64,000 bases of DNA from Bdellovibrionales bacterium (GCA_965261545.1 CBDHDF010000010.1:320001-384000); one strand, 5' to 3'. Numbered from the stretch's first letter, positions 11,636 to 22,633 are shown. A program made the numbers and translations. Notes: generated from the letters alone by a model not told the origin.

Positions 11636-12061
11636 CTAGACATCAGTATCGCATGTCGCAAGAAGTTTATCCTTTCTCTGATTATAAAATTTGATATAAA
11701 GCCTTCCCGTATTACATTCATATGCGTCTCTCCAAATACGTTGAGTGAAAAGTTTTCTTGTCGAGTGAGAAGGGAAGACATCCACTCTCATGTAGGCTCC
11801 ACGGCAACTTCTAAATTGATCTCCGACATGAAAACTGGGATGAACTGTTTTCCACCTTCCCTTTCCTTTACCATACTTGTTGTAACATTTTGTTGCAAGT
11901 TTGTGTTTACTACTGAGGTTATCTATACGGATATATCCCCAATCTCTGCTATTCTGATCTTGTACATTTTTCTCAGTACCCTCTGAACTATCTCCGAAGG
12001 CTACATGTGATAAACAACTCAAGACGATTAAAGTTATAGTGAAATGAATAAATGATCTCAT
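11636..12061 (-). CDS. Hypothetical secreted Cys-containing protein
   Basis: Signal peptide ending VAFG, aaggag RBS, four Cys in mature part. Confidence 0.65.
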   Translation of the reverse strand: MRSFIHFTITLIVLSCLSHVAFGDSSEGTEKNVQDQNSRDWGYIRIDNLSSKHKLATKCYNKYGKGKGRWKTVHPSFHVGDQFRSCRGAYMRVDVFPSHSTRKLFTQRIWRDAYECNTGRLYIKFYNQRKDKLLATCDTDV

Positions 12062-12311
12062 GATGTTCTCCTTTTTCTTAAACTCTCACTCTTATAGGTC
12101 GACCTCTATAAATCTACCTCAAATCAGTTTCAATTCCCCTCCGAGCAATTATTTTCGAAGTGGATAACTATAAATTATAGCTCTGATTATTTTATTGCAA
12201 ATCAATTAGAAAATTTATGAACAAAAATTGGCTTTGATCTATAGGTATTAAGTGCTGCGACCTTTGTGCAATGTTCTACACAATCTTATCTTTTTGGAGG
12301 GCTTCACAGCC

Positions 12312-13832
12312 TTATCTTTTTGAAGAATGCCTAGGTTTCATCCAGAGAAATCGAGATCCCAGTTTTATTTGATTTTTCTTGAACCAACCCATTGGTACTT
12401 CCAAGGCAAATTGAGCGGGCACTCGACTTGAAACCTTGGGAATTTTCTTTTGAGCTATGGAGCGAAGACCTTTCATTGCCTGAATATCCACAAGAATTTT
12501 CTTCTTGTTAAAAAAACCAATATCGAGGTCTATAAAGGTATTCTTCATCCAAAAATTTTGAATGGATTCTCGACCAAAAATAAAGAGCATTCCTGATTGA
12601 GCCTCTAGCTTGTTCCTGTGCATAAGACCTAGGTATCTTTTTTGAGGAGTGTCTGCCAGCTCCACGGTTAGAATCTGATCTCTTATTTTGAGCTTGGATT
12701 TCTTAAGAATCACCGATGAAAGAGTCGAAGAAGAAATTGAAGAAGAAGTCGAAAAAACGGCACCTTGCTGTGATGAATCAGCCAAGGAGTTGGTTGTACA
12801 GGCCCCCAGAAACACAAAAGCCAAGCCATAGCGAAGTCCCTTTGTAGAAACCCTCACTTGCTGAGCTCCCAAGAGTTCTGTGAATTTTTTCAGAATACTC
12901 ACCCCTGCCACAATGACATCTGCTCGTCCAGGTTCCATACCTGGAAGCTTCTGTCTTTTATGAAAAGGTTGCTCAGCTAAGGTTTGTCGATATTTCGCCA
13001 TTTGCTCAAGGGTGAGTAAAAAACCATGGATACGCTCTTCTGAAAATTTTGTCCGTTGAATCACAGCCGCCAAGGTTGTGGGAGTCCCCGCCACAGCCAC
13101 AATTTTTGACGACCTTGGAAGTTGTAAGGCTTTCTCCTCCCAGCGCTCGCATATATAAGCGTCCAATCTTGAAAGTTCTCTTTTTGTGATGGGATCGTTT
13201 TTAATAAACATCTCTGTGAGTCGAACACTTCCCACATCAATACTTCCCCCAGAGAGTTGTTCCCCCCATTGCTTTCCAAGGGGTTTTCGCTTATCAAGGT
13301 CGTCACGATCGCTACAGAGTTTAGGTTCATTAAGATCGTTACGATGAACACGGAGTTGATCTTCACCGCAGTGGTTGCCATAAAAACCAAGTACTTCCGT
13401 GGAGCCTCCCCCAACATCCACCACCGTGTACTCATGGGGGTTTTCTAAATCAAATGTGGCTCCCTTGTAAGTAAGGCGAGCCTCCTCATCTCCAGAAATA
13501 ATAGAGATGGGAATTCCCCACTTTTGACCGAGGGCAAGGAAGTCACTTTGATTTTTGACATCCCTGGCGGCACTTGTGGCAACGGCGATAACCTTATCCA
13601 CTCCATGGTTTTTGATAATAGAAGCATAATTTTTAAAACATTGATCCGCCCTAAAAAGAGTATCCCTATGAAAGGCCCTATTTTCATGAACCCCTTTCCC
13701 CAGTCTTGTCATTTGGACCTCATCGGCAAGAACTTCTTCAATACCTCGATGGCTTATTCTTGCAATAAGCATCAAGAAAGTATTGGATCCAAGGTCAAGA
13801 GCGGCTATTTTCATGGATTCATTTTTCATCAT
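12312..13832 (-). CDS. ppx: Ppx/GppA phosphatase fused to DUF192-like domain
   Basis: DLGSNT, ATSAAR, DVGGGSTE, GLRYG; C-terminal VELADT..R..GLM, GMLFIF, FWMKNT, ALEV typical of DUF192. Confidence 0.85.
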   Translation of the reverse strand: MMKNESMKIAALDLGSNTFLMLIARISHRGIEEVLADEVQMTRLGKGVHENRAFHRDTLFRADQCFKNYASIIKNHGVDKVIAVATSAARDVKNQSDFLALGQKWGIPISIISGDEEARLTYKGATFDLENPHEYTVVDVGGGSTEVLGFYGNHCGEDQLRVHRNDLNEPKLCSDRDDLDKRKPLGKQWGEQLSGGSIDVGSVRLTEMFIKNDPITKRELSRLDAYICERWEEKALQLPRSSKIVAVAGTPTTLAAVIQRTKFSEERIHGFLLTLEQMAKYRQTLAEQPFHKRQKLPGMEPGRADVIVAGVSILKKFTELLGAQQVRVSTKGLRYGLAFVFLGACTTNSLADSSQQGAVFSTSSSISSSTLSSVILKKSKLKIRDQILTVELADTPQKRYLGLMHRNKLEAQSGMLFIFGRESIQNFWMKNTFIDLDIGFFNKKKILVDIQAMKGLRSIAQKKIPKVSSRVPAQFALEVPMGWFKKNQIKLGSRFLWMKPRHSSKR

Positions 13833-15394
13833 TTTCTTAACAATTTTTTTAGCAATTGATTGACAAGATCGGGATTTGCTTGTCCTTGAGTTGACTTCAT
13901 GACCTGGCCGACAAAAAATCCAAACAACTTGTCCTTACCTCCTAAGTACTGTTCAACCTGACGTGGATTGGCCTCTATGATCTCCTCAATAATTTTTTGA
14001 AGAACCGATTCATCTGTGATTTGTACCCATCCCTTTTCTTTAACAATGGTCCCAGGGGCTTGGCTTGTCGCCCACATCTCAGCAAAAACCGTTTTCGCCA
14101 TTTTGCCAGAAATGGTTTTATCATCCACAAGCTGAATCAATTGGGCAAGGTGGTCCGGAGAAATGGGTGACTTCGTGATCTCTTTCTTGGATTCCTTAAG
14201 TTCCCTCATCAATTCACCCATGATCCAGTTGGAGGCCAGCTTGGGGTGTCTTGAAAATTTGACCACAGCTTCGTAGTAGTCAGCATACTCCCTTTCTTGA
14301 GTGAGAATAAGGGCGTCGTATTCAGGCAGCTTGTATTCAGATTGAAACCTTTCGGCTCTCCTTAATGGAAGTTCTGGCAGGCTTTGACGGATATCCTCCA
14401 CCCAGGAGTCATTGAGAACCAAGGGGAGAAGGTCGGGTTCAGGAAAGTAACGGTAATCATAGGCTTCTTCTTTGCTTCTCATGGAAAAGGTTTTATTTTT
14501 TGTGGAATCATAAAGCCTTGTCTCTTGAACAATCTTCCCGCCGGATTTATAGACCTCTACCTGCCTTCGTATTTCGTAATCAATGGCTTTCTCAATGAAC
14601 TTAAAGGAGTTGATGTTTTTTAGTTCCACACGGGTGCGCAAAGATTCTTCTCCACAGGGGCGCACACTTACGTTGCAATCACAGCGCATGGATCCCTCTT
14701 CAAGGTTTCCATCACAAACTTCTAGATAACGTACAATACGACGAACAGATCGTGCATACTCGGCCGCCTCTTCAGGAGAGTGAATGTCGGGTTCAGAAAC
14801 AATTTCCAAAAGAGGAACTCCTGCCCGGTTTAAATTGATCAATGTATGCTGGGAATGGTGAATGGATTTTCCGGCATCCTCTTCCACGTGGGCACGTGTG
14901 ATATGAACTCGCTTTTTTTCGCCCTTGAGAAAATAGTCCACAAAACCTTTTTTGCAAAGGGGTTGGTCAAACTGTGATATTTGATAACCCTTGGGAAGGT
15001 CGGGATAAAAATAATTCTTTCGAGAAAATACAGACATTTTTTGAATCTGACAGTTGAGGGCAAGGCCCATTTTTATGGATAGAGATATGGCTTTTTTATT
15101 AATAACGGGAAGGGCTCCCGGCATTCCTAGGCTTACAGGAGAAACGCATTCGTTATCTCCAGCTCCAAATTGAGTGGAGTCTCGGGAAAACATTTTACTC
15201 GCTGTTTGTAATTGAACATGAATTTCTAATCCAATAACAGGCTCCCATGGAGAATAAGCTGTAGAAGGTGACTTATCAGAGGATTTAAATTCATCAAATG
15301 ATTCAAGTTTATTGGTTGACTCAGGTTTATCAGATGATTCATATTTATCAAACAGTGGGGATTTATCAGTAGAATCATTGTGATTATAAGACAT
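13829..15394 (-). CDS. gatB: Asp/Glu-tRNA amidotransferase subunit B
   Basis: VIGLEIHVQL, RKNYFYPDLPKGYQISQ, DYRYFPEPDL; ATG at 15394 overlaps gatA stop. Confidence 0.95.
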   Translation of the reverse strand: MSYNHNDSTDKSPLFDKYESSDKPESTNKLESFDEFKSSDKSPSTAYSPWEPVIGLEIHVQLQTASKMFSRDSTQFGAGDNECVSPVSLGMPGALPVINKKAISLSIKMGLALNCQIQKMSVFSRKNYFYPDLPKGYQISQFDQPLCKKGFVDYFLKGEKKRVHITRAHVEEDAGKSIHHSQHTLINLNRAGVPLLEIVSEPDIHSPEEAAEYARSVRRIVRYLEVCDGNLEEGSMRCDCNVSVRPCGEESLRTRVELKNINSFKFIEKAIDYEIRRQVEVYKSGGKIVQETRLYDSTKNKTFSMRSKEEAYDYRYFPEPDLLPLVLNDSWVEDIRQSLPELPLRRAERFQSEYKLPEYDALILTQEREYADYYEAVVKFSRHPKLASNWIMGELMRELKESKKEITKSPISPDHLAQLIQLVDDKTISGKMAKTVFAEMWATSQAPGTIVKEKGWVQITDESVLQKIIEEIIEANPRQVEQYLGGKDKLFGFFVGQVMKSTQGQANPDLVNQLLKKLLRK

Positions 15395-16862
15395 GGGATT
15401 GCTTCTCCTTAAAACCAGCTTGTGATTCAATAGCCAAAGCTACGTCCAACATTTTTTGTTCTTCAAAATGGGAGGCCGTCAATTGAACTCCAATGGGAAG
15501 TCCTCTCTCGCTAAGTTCCACAGGGACACTCGTGCCGGGGAGTCCTGCAAGATTTGTGGGTGTTGTCAAGATATCGTTGAAATACATCTTTAGGGGGTCC
15601 CCTGTCCTCTCTCCCATTTTAAAGGCCGGTGTCGTCGTGACGGCACTTAACATAACATCGCATTGCTGAAAGGCTCTGAGAAAATCATTTTGAAGAAGCC
15701 TTCGAACCTGACAAGCTTTTTGATAGTAGGCATCGTAGTAACCACTAGAAAGAGAAAAAGTTCCCAATATGATTCTTCTTTTCACCTCAAAACCAAAGCC
15801 TTCTCCCCGGTTGCGACTGTAAAAGTCATCAATGTCGGAGGGAGGTTCTGTGGAAAAATCAGCACGGTGACCAAAGCGAACGCCATCATAGCGGGCCAAG
15901 TTGCTAGATGCCTCGCTGGTGGCAATAAGGTAATAAATAGAAATGGCATAATTGGCATGAGGAATAGAAATTTCTACCATCTCAGCTCCTGCCTGCTTCA
16001 CCATATCAACAGACTTTTCCACAGTCCTTTTGACATCGTCATCCATTTTGTGAGAAAAATATTCCTTGGGTAATCCCACCTTATAACCTGAAAGATCCCC
16101 ATTTAAGCTTTGGGACCAAGAGGGAACGGGTCGGTGGGAAGAGGTTGAGTCGTAGGGATCATGACCAGATATTTGTTCCAAAACAAGAGCGGCATCCTCT
16201 ACAGATTTTGCCATGGGCCCCACTTGATCCAAGCTGGATGCAAAGGCAATCACACCGTAGCGACTCACTCGACCATAAGTGGGCTTCACTCCTACCACGC
16301 CACAAAAATTTGCAGGCTGTCGGATGGAACCCCCTGTGTCCGTTCCCAAGGCCACTGTGGCCATGCCTGAGGAGACAGCCGCCGCAGACCCTCCACTGGA
16401 ACCCCCTGGTACGTAGTCTTCATTCCATGGGTTGGCGCAAGCTCCACTATGGGAAAACTCCGTGCTTGAACCCATGGCAAATTCATCTTGATTGCATTTT
16501 CCCACCACAATGGCTCCGGCTCTCTCTAGATTCTTCACCACTGTTGCCGAGTAGGGAGGGACAAAGGAATCCAGCATTTTAGAGCCTGCCGCTGTTCGCA
16601 ATCCCTTTGTGCAAATCATATCCTTCACACCCACAGGAATACCTGCCAAGGGAGGAAGTTCTTCCCCCAATGCAATTTTTTTATCAATGACTTTTGCCAA
16701 TGCCAAAGCGGTGTTATCATTCACAGTGACCATGGCGTTGAGGGAGCCATTGCGCTTTGCAATTTGATGAAGATAAGCTTGGGTGATCTCCTCGGCCGAC
16801 CATCTCTTAGCGAGAAGTCCCTTTTTGATTTCAGAAATGGATGCTTGAAGAATATCACTCAA
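15384..16862 (-). CDS. gatA: Asp/Glu-tRNA amidotransferase subunit A
   Basis: Amidase signature GGSSGGSAAAV, GTDTGGSIRQP, SNLARYDG. Confidence 0.95.
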   Translation of the reverse strand: MSDILQASISEIKKGLLAKRWSAEEITQAYLHQIAKRNGSLNAMVTVNDNTALALAKVIDKKIALGEELPPLAGIPVGVKDMICTKGLRTAAGSKMLDSFVPPYSATVVKNLERAGAIVVGKCNQDEFAMGSSTEFSHSGACANPWNEDYVPGGSSGGSAAAVSSGMATVALGTDTGGSIRQPANFCGVVGVKPTYGRVSRYGVIAFASSLDQVGPMAKSVEDAALVLEQISGHDPYDSTSSHRPVPSWSQSLNGDLSGYKVGLPKEYFSHKMDDDVKRTVEKSVDMVKQAGAEMVEISIPHANYAISIYYLIATSEASSNLARYDGVRFGHRADFSTEPPSDIDDFYSRNRGEGFGFEVKRRIILGTFSLSSGYYDAYYQKACQVRRLLQNDFLRAFQQCDVMLSAVTTTPAFKMGERTGDPLKMYFNDILTTPTNLAGLPGTSVPVELSERGLPIGVQLTASHFEEQKMLDVALAIESQAGFKEKQSHVL

Positions 16863-16928
16863 CTGAAACTCCTATGATCTACATGATCCAAATTATCCAA
16901 ATTATCCAAATTAAATAATCGCAATAAA

Positions 16929-17228
16929 CTAAACAACAGGTGGGACTTTAAACAAATGTCCAGACCTTTCTGGTGCATTGTCAAGGGCTTTCTCGCTGTC
17001 TTCCCACACAGAAATTTCGTCAGGACGAAGACTTGATTCAATGGGAGAAGGCGTGACCAAGGGCTCCACGCCTTCTGTATCTACGGTTTTTAATTCATCA
17101 AAATAAATGACAATAGCATTCATTTGTTCTTGAAACAAAATTTCTTCACCTTTACTGAGTTGAAGTCTTGCTAAACGAGCAACTTTTGTGACATCCAGAG
17201 TAACTTTCTTCGCATTCATTTTTTTCAT
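16929..17228 (-). CDS. gatC: Asp/Glu-tRNA amidotransferase subunit C
   Basis: VARLARL, VDTEGVEP, NAP..FKVPPV; upstream of gatA. Confidence 0.9.
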   Translation of the reverse strand: MKKMNAKKVTLDVTKVARLARLQLSKGEEILFQEQMNAIVIYFDELKTVDTEGVEPLVTPSPIESSLRPDEISVWEDSEKALDNAPERSGHLFKVPPVV

Positions 17229-17250
17229 GCCTCCTATATCTCATAACTTT

Positions 17251-17913
17251 TCATGCTTTCTTGTGATAAAAAATCTTTTTTCTTTTGGGATAGCAAGTTG
17301 TGCAAATTTCGCAAACTCTTCCATCACAACCTCGTGCTGTGCAATGCTCTCGTCCATAAAACACAATTCTTAGGTGAAGTTGGTTCCAAGAACTCCGAGG
17401 AAAGATTTTCTTCAAATCCCTTTCTGTTTGCAACACAGTTGGCCCTCGTGTAAGTCCCCAGCGCTGGGCAAGCCTATGAATATGAGTGTCCACAGGGAAG
17501 GCTGGATACCCAAACGCCTGAGACATCACCACCGAGGCCGTTTTATGACCCACTCCAGGCAGTTTTTCCAACTCTTCAAAGCTTTGAGGTACCTCTCCTC
17601 CATGATCCTCAATAAGAATTTGTGAAAGTCCACTTATGGCCTTGGCTTTTCGAGGAGACAAACCACAGGGCCTGATGACTTGTCGAATTTCATCGACTTC
17701 AAGTTGAACCATGTCCTGTGGATTATCTGCCTTGGCAAATAAAGAAGGCGTCACCTGGTTCACCCGAACATCCGTGCATTGGGCTGATAGCAAAACTGCA
17801 ATCAAGAGAGTGTAGGGGTCTTTGTGGTCTAAGGGAATGGGTGTTTTGGGATAGCATTGAGCCAATTTTTGACGAATGTATTTGGCACGCTCCTCTCTTG
17901 TTTTCAAAGTCAT
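17251..17913 (-). CDS. nth: Endonuclease III
   Basis: LLSAQCTD, LPGVGHKTA HhH, VDTHIHR, C-terminal Cys cluster. Confidence 0.95.
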   Translation of the reverse strand: MTLKTREERAKYIRQKLAQCYPKTPIPLDHKDPYTLLIAVLLSAQCTDVRVNQVTPSLFAKADNPQDMVQLEVDEIRQVIRPCGLSPRKAKAISGLSQILIEDHGGEVPQSFEELEKLPGVGHKTASVVMSQAFGYPAFPVDTHIHRLAQRWGLTRGPTVLQTERDLKKIFPRSSWNQLHLRIVFYGREHCTARGCDGRVCEICTTCYPKRKKIFYHKKA

Positions 17914-17962
17914 TTCCTATGAGCCTGAGTCATTTCTTATAAATTGTCATTTATGTTAAATG

Positions 17963-18997
17963 TCATTTCTCATGAACATGAGTCACTTTTTGAAAGATTG
18001 TACCAAAAATGTTTTCGCCTTGGAGGTTTCTCATTTCTATTTTTACTGTGTCACCAGGTTTCATAAAGGGTGTCTTAATGGCTCCCTCGTGGATTTTTTC
18101 CAACATACGCTTTTCAGCAATGCAGCTACTTCCCACCGACATATCCTCATTGGAAACTGTCCCACTTCCTATAATGGTCCCCGCTGTCAAACGACGAGTT
18201 CTCGCAGCATGAGACACCAGTTCTCCAAAGTGAAAGTGCATAGCGCCGGCATGGGCTCGCCCAAAAAATTCTCCATTGTACTCAACATCAAGGGGCAAAT
18301 GAACTCGTCCTTCACGCCAAGCATCACCTAGCTCATCCACTGTGACTGCCAAAGGGGCAAAAGACGACGAGGGCTTGGATTGGAAAAAACCAAAGCCCTT
18401 GTTCAATTCTTCAGGCACTAAACCCCGTAGAGAAACATCGTTGATAAGGACAAACAACCGAATGTACTTCAAAGCATCTTCAGGGGATACCCCCATGGGA
18501 GTGTCTCCCACGATGATGCCAACCTCTCCCTCAAAATCGGTTCCATGGGCGGAGTCCATCTGGGGAATTTCATCTGTTGGAGCTAGAAAAGTGTCACTCC
18601 CCCCTTGATACATAAGTGGAGAGGTCTTGAGAGTTTCTGGCAAAGCAGCATTTCTCGACTTTCGCACCAAAACAATGTGGTGAATAAAGGCCGAACCATC
18701 GACCCATTGAAAGCACCTTGGCAAGGGCGAGTGCATTTGGCTGGGGTCCACGTCAAAAGGTTCCCCTGAAGCTCCATTCTTCTCCCCATGATTGCTGAAT
18801 TTTCCTTGGTTGAGTTGGTGATAAAGCGTCTCCAAGCGGGGGGACATGGTTTTCCAATTTTCTAAGACATTGAGGAGATTGGGCGCAACCCCAGAGGCTT
18901 GAATGGCCTTTTTGTTGTCACGGCTGACGACAACAAGTTGTCCATCACGACTGTGATCATTTTTTAGGGTCCCAAGTTTCATACCACTTACCTCCAT
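17963..18997 (-). CDS. Fumarylacetoacetate hydrolase family protein
   Basis: RDGQLVVVSRD, MYQGGSD, DFEGE, NDVSLR, GSGTVSN. Confidence 0.9.
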   Translation of the reverse strand: MEVSGMKLGTLKNDHSRDGQLVVVSRDNKKAIQASGVAPNLLNVLENWKTMSPRLETLYHQLNQGKFSNHGEKNGASGEPFDVDPSQMHSPLPRCFQWVDGSAFIHHIVLVRKSRNAALPETLKTSPLMYQGGSDTFLAPTDEIPQMDSAHGTDFEGEVGIIVGDTPMGVSPEDALKYIRLFVLINDVSLRGLVPEELNKGFGFFQSKPSSSFAPLAVTVDELGDAWREGRVHLPLDVEYNGEFFGRAHAGAMHFHFGELVSHAARTRRLTAGTIIGSGTVSNEDMSVGSSCIAEKRMLEKIHEGAIKTPFMKPGDTVKIEMRNLQGENIFGTIFQKVTHVHEK

Positions 18998-19089
18998 CTA
19001 TAAAAAACATGACACTGAAAAAACTATGCCATGGCTCTAGAAAAGTCTACCACATTTTAAATTCTTTCACATTTTAAATTCTTCATATT

Positions 19090-19647
19090 TTAGAGTCTTT
19101 CATGGGAGAAGGTGCGCAGTTCCTCCATGGTAAAAAGGGGTCTATGATGGAGTCGAGCCATCAATAGTTTTTGAGTGGACAGCGCGCCTCCTCGATCGAT
19201 CACAGAAATCACAGTGTTCACAGTGGCCCCTTGTTCCCTCAGCTGCTTTGTGCTCTTTATCACCTGCCCCCCCGTTGTGATGATATCCTCTATAAGGCAA
19301 ACTCTTTTGCCTTTCACGGAAGTTCCCTCTGCCAGCTGACATGTTCCATAGGTTTTCGCCTCTTTGCGCACAAAAGCGAGGGGGTGCCCCGTCTCCATGG
19401 ACAAGGCCGTGGCAAGGGGAATGCCTCCCATTTCAAGCCCCCCTAGCACCTCGGTCTCCCCAGGAATAAGAGGAGAGAGGTGGAACGCGATTTCCTTCAG
19501 GAGCTGAGGAATGGCTTCAAAGCGATATTTGTCAAAATACTCATGGGAGCTTTGCCCTGACCTCAACTTAAACTCACCCACGAGATAGGCCACTCTGAAT
19601 ATCTCTTGGGCCAACTCTTCTCTGCCCATTTTGTTCGTTCTGTCCAT
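19090..19647 (-). CDS. pyrE: Orotate phosphoribosyltransferase
   Basis: GEFKLRSG, YFDKY, VRKEAKTYG, PRPP motif LIEDIITTGG. Confidence 0.9.
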   Translation of the reverse strand: MDRTNKMGREELAQEIFRVAYLVGEFKLRSGQSSHEYFDKYRFEAIPQLLKEIAFHLSPLIPGETEVLGGLEMGGIPLATALSMETGHPLAFVRKEAKTYGTCQLAEGTSVKGKRVCLIEDIITTGGQVIKSTKQLREQGATVNTVISVIDRGGALSTQKLLMARLHHRPLFTMEELRTFSHERL

Positions 19648-19879
19648 TACAACGCACCCTCATAAAATTTAAGTTGTCCAAAAAGTCCCTTAAGGATCCC
19701 AAGGGGTTGGGGGGGGCGGGGGCCTTATATCTTTTTCCATTTTTTTATGTCTCTTTTCAAGAATTATTGTTTTTCAAGTTGTTTTTCAAGAATGACTATT
19801 TTTCAAGCAATACGACTTGCTAAAGTTCCATGATACTGCTAACTAGCAATGTCAACTAGCAATGTCTAGGTGCATTGAT

Positions 19880-19955
19880 GCATCCGTAGCTCAATGGATA
19901 GAGCACTTGACTTCGGATCAAGGGGTTGGGCGTTCGAGTCGTCCCGGATGCGCCA
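19880..19955 (+). tRNA. tRNA-Arg (anticodon TCG)
   Basis: gcatccg/cggatgc acceptor stem, tagctcaatggatagagc D arm, cttga-cttcgga-tcaag anticodon arm, ttcgagt T loop, encoded CCA. Confidence 0.95.
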
Positions 19956-20106
19956 AATATCAACAACAAATGGTTCAGGTAAAGGTGTAGCCATGCTGTG
20001 ATCCAATACTTTATTTTGACGAACTTTTCATGGGTTCCTTTGACCTCGAAGAAATTTTTATCATTTTATCCTGACTGAGTTTAAGTTGTTGAGAGTGATA
20101 TTTTGA

Positions 20107-20245
20107 TTAGCAAGGTGTGAGGTTTGTGACCAGTTCCGCATGATCTAGCAACTCCCCTTTTTTAGCTTTAGAACTTTGTTGATATAAGCCTGAAATTGCA
20201 GTTAAGTAAGCATTAACAGCCAACTCCCTCACTGAAGACCCCCTC
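20107..20245 (-). pseudogene. Short N-terminal fragment of a transposase-like gene
   Basis: AYLTAISGLYQQSSKAKKGELLD resembles, from memory, the N-terminus of rve-type transposases; ends after about 45 codons. Confidence 0.4.
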
Positions 20246-20655
20246 GTTGATTGTTTGTTCCCAAATCTCAATCTTACTGAGAGGATCAACAGTGGGGTAG
20301 CTCGTCTCATCTGTTTTAGAAGGCGTAACAATCGGTGCCTTATTGAATGAGGGAGTCCCTCACGCACATTTTTGACTCAAAAAGAGAAGAATGGGAACTC
20401 GGTGTCGGAATAATGAGCCAACCAAGTGGAGGACCATAACCCGGGCAGCACGAAGGTGTTTTAATGTGATGCGTCTTGGTGTCGTTTACTTATGACCCAA
20501 TACGCTCTCCCGCGTACTTTTTAAACGACTTTTCTGTCGGAGAATAATGGAAATAAATGGGGGTACCGCACACGACGATATCTCGCCACACTCTTTCTTC
20601 TAAGCATCTCAGTATCTTAAGATGTTTCTGATTGATACACAATTTTTTTATGAAC

Positions 20656-22413
20656 CTATGATTTATGATTGCCTCGTGATTGCATTTGATAAAAGCGAGC
20701 GTACTCTCCACTAAGGGCGATAAGTTCTTCGTGTCGCCCTTGTTCAAAGATGGCGCCATCTTTGAGAACAAGAATGCGGTCGGCTTTGACGAGGGTGGAA
20801 AGCCTGTGTGCAATCACAAGAGATGTACGTCCTTGCATCAGTTGATCTAAGCCTTTTTGCACCTCCAGCTCACTTTCTGAATCGAGAGCACTGGTGGCTT
20901 CGTCGAGGATGAGAATGGGAGCGTCCTTATAAATAGCTCTTGCTATACTAATTCGTTGTTTCTCTCCTCCAGAGAGGCGGCTTCCCTTTTCGCCCACTCG
21001 GCTGGCGTAGCTCCCCTGAATAGCAGAAATAAAGCTGTGGGCATTGGCCATTTCAGCGGCTTCCACAACTCCACTTTCTTGTTTGACCTGTTTCGTGAGG
21101 CTTCCAAGGCGGATATTATTTTCGATAGAATCTGAAAAGAGAAAGATATCTTGAGTGACAAGGGCAATATTTTTTCTAAGGTCTTTGAGTTCTATTTCTG
21201 TGATGGGAATCTCATCAATAAGGATTTGCCCCCACTGGGGTTCGTAAAATCTTTCGAGTAAATTGACAAGAGTGGATTTGCCACTACCGCTGGATCCAAC
21301 AATGGCCAACATTTCCCCACGGTGAATGGAGAAATTGAGACCACTGAGAACTTCCCTTCCATTCTCAAAGGAGAAGCTGACATTGCGATACTCAATGGCA
21401 CTCCAATTTTTTGGAAATTTCTGCTTTGGAAATTTCTTTTTTGAAGTGGTCTCGGAGCTTGGAGCTTGGAGAATACTTTCCATGCGTTTTATGGCGACGG
21501 CGGCTTGCTGAAGTCTGATATAGGCATACTGACTTTTCTTGAGACCATCTGCAAGAAACCCACTGGCTGTAATAAACTCTATAAAGGAAGAAACTTCAAC
21601 CCCATCACTATGGGAGATTTGGAGGCCCAAGATATAAAGAGTTGTGGCTAGGGCAACAGCTAAAACAGATTCAGCCATGGGTCCCGCAGCTTCCTCTCTT
21701 TTCAGTATAGACCTGCGTGTTCTTAGAAATTGTGTGGCACCACTGTCAAAGCGTTTTTTCATCTCCCCTTCAAGGTTAAAGGATTGAATGACTTGGGCTC
21801 CATCGAGACTTTCTTTAAGTGTGCTGGTGAGTTCCTCCATAATCTGCTGGTTTCTATGGCCGTACTTTCTTAGACTCCGAGAAAATTTCTTGAGAATTAT
21901 GGGAATCACGAGGATGAGTGCAAAGATCATAAAAAGAAACTTTAAGTCAATGAAAGCAATAATGACGATACTGATTAAAACCAGGGCGGGCTGACTGAAT
22001 AAATCACTGATTCTTGGCAAATTTTCGTGAACGATTTGTAGGTCGTTGATAAGGTGGCTAATAAGTCCTCCCGATCCTTTGGAAAGACTTTCTCGATAGG
22101 AGAAGCTCAAGCGTAAATATTTATCCATTAATTTGCGACGGAGGTTGATGATGACAGTGTCGACGATATATTTGGTCCAGAACATATTGATAAAACGACC
22201 GGCACCTATCATGAGCCAGCCACAGGCCAGGGCCACAGGGATTTGCCATGCCAATTCTTGGTTTCCCTTTTCCCAAGCATCTGTGAGACTTCCAAGAAGG
22301 GGGCCTGTTGTTGATTTAAGTCCGCTGACAAGCACTCCAGCAAGGAGGACAAAAAAAAGCTTAAGCTTAAAGGGCTGTAACTCGGGCCATATGCGAGCCC
22401 ACATATTTTTCAT
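20656..22413 (-). CDS. ABC exporter, fused permease/ATPase (MsbA-like)
   Basis: TM N-half, Walker A GSSGSGKST, LSGGEKQR, ILDEATSALD, AHRLS. Confidence 0.92.
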   Translation of the reverse strand: MKNMWARIWPELQPFKLKLFFVLLAGVLVSGLKSTTGPLLGSLTDAWEKGNQELAWQIPVALACGWLMIGAGRFINMFWTKYIVDTVIINLRRKLMDKYLRLSFSYRESLSKGSGGLISHLINDLQIVHENLPRISDLFSQPALVLISIVIIAFIDLKFLFMIFALILVIPIILKKFSRSLRKYGHRNQQIMEELTSTLKESLDGAQVIQSFNLEGEMKKRFDSGATQFLRTRRSILKREEAAGPMAESVLAVALATTLYILGLQISHSDGVEVSSFIEFITASGFLADGLKKSQYAYIRLQQAAVAIKRMESILQAPSSETTSKKKFPKQKFPKNWSAIEYRNVSFSFENGREVLSGLNFSIHRGEMLAIVGSSGSGKSTLVNLLERFYEPQWGQILIDEIPITEIELKDLRKNIALVTQDIFLFSDSIENNIRLGSLTKQVKQESGVVEAAEMANAHSFISAIQGSYASRVGEKGSRLSGGEKQRISIARAIYKDAPILILDEATSALDSESELEVQKGLDQLMQGRTSLVIAHRLSTLVKADRILVLKDGAIFEQGRHEELIALSGEYARFYQMQSRGNHKS

Positions 22414-22633
22414 AGCTTTTACATACAGCGATTTGTTTCATCACACAAGCCGCCTTGAAGAACCAGGAAAGCCAGTTTTGCAGTAGACCACCCAGGGCTT
22501 AATTGACGCCTTGGGACCCCGTGGACCTTGTGGGAGTGGTCGGTTTTGGGTTTTGATCTACGAACACATATATCGTATCAAAGATATTTATATGTTAGCA
22601 AAAACCCTGAGGCATTAGGTCAGGTTAAGATTT

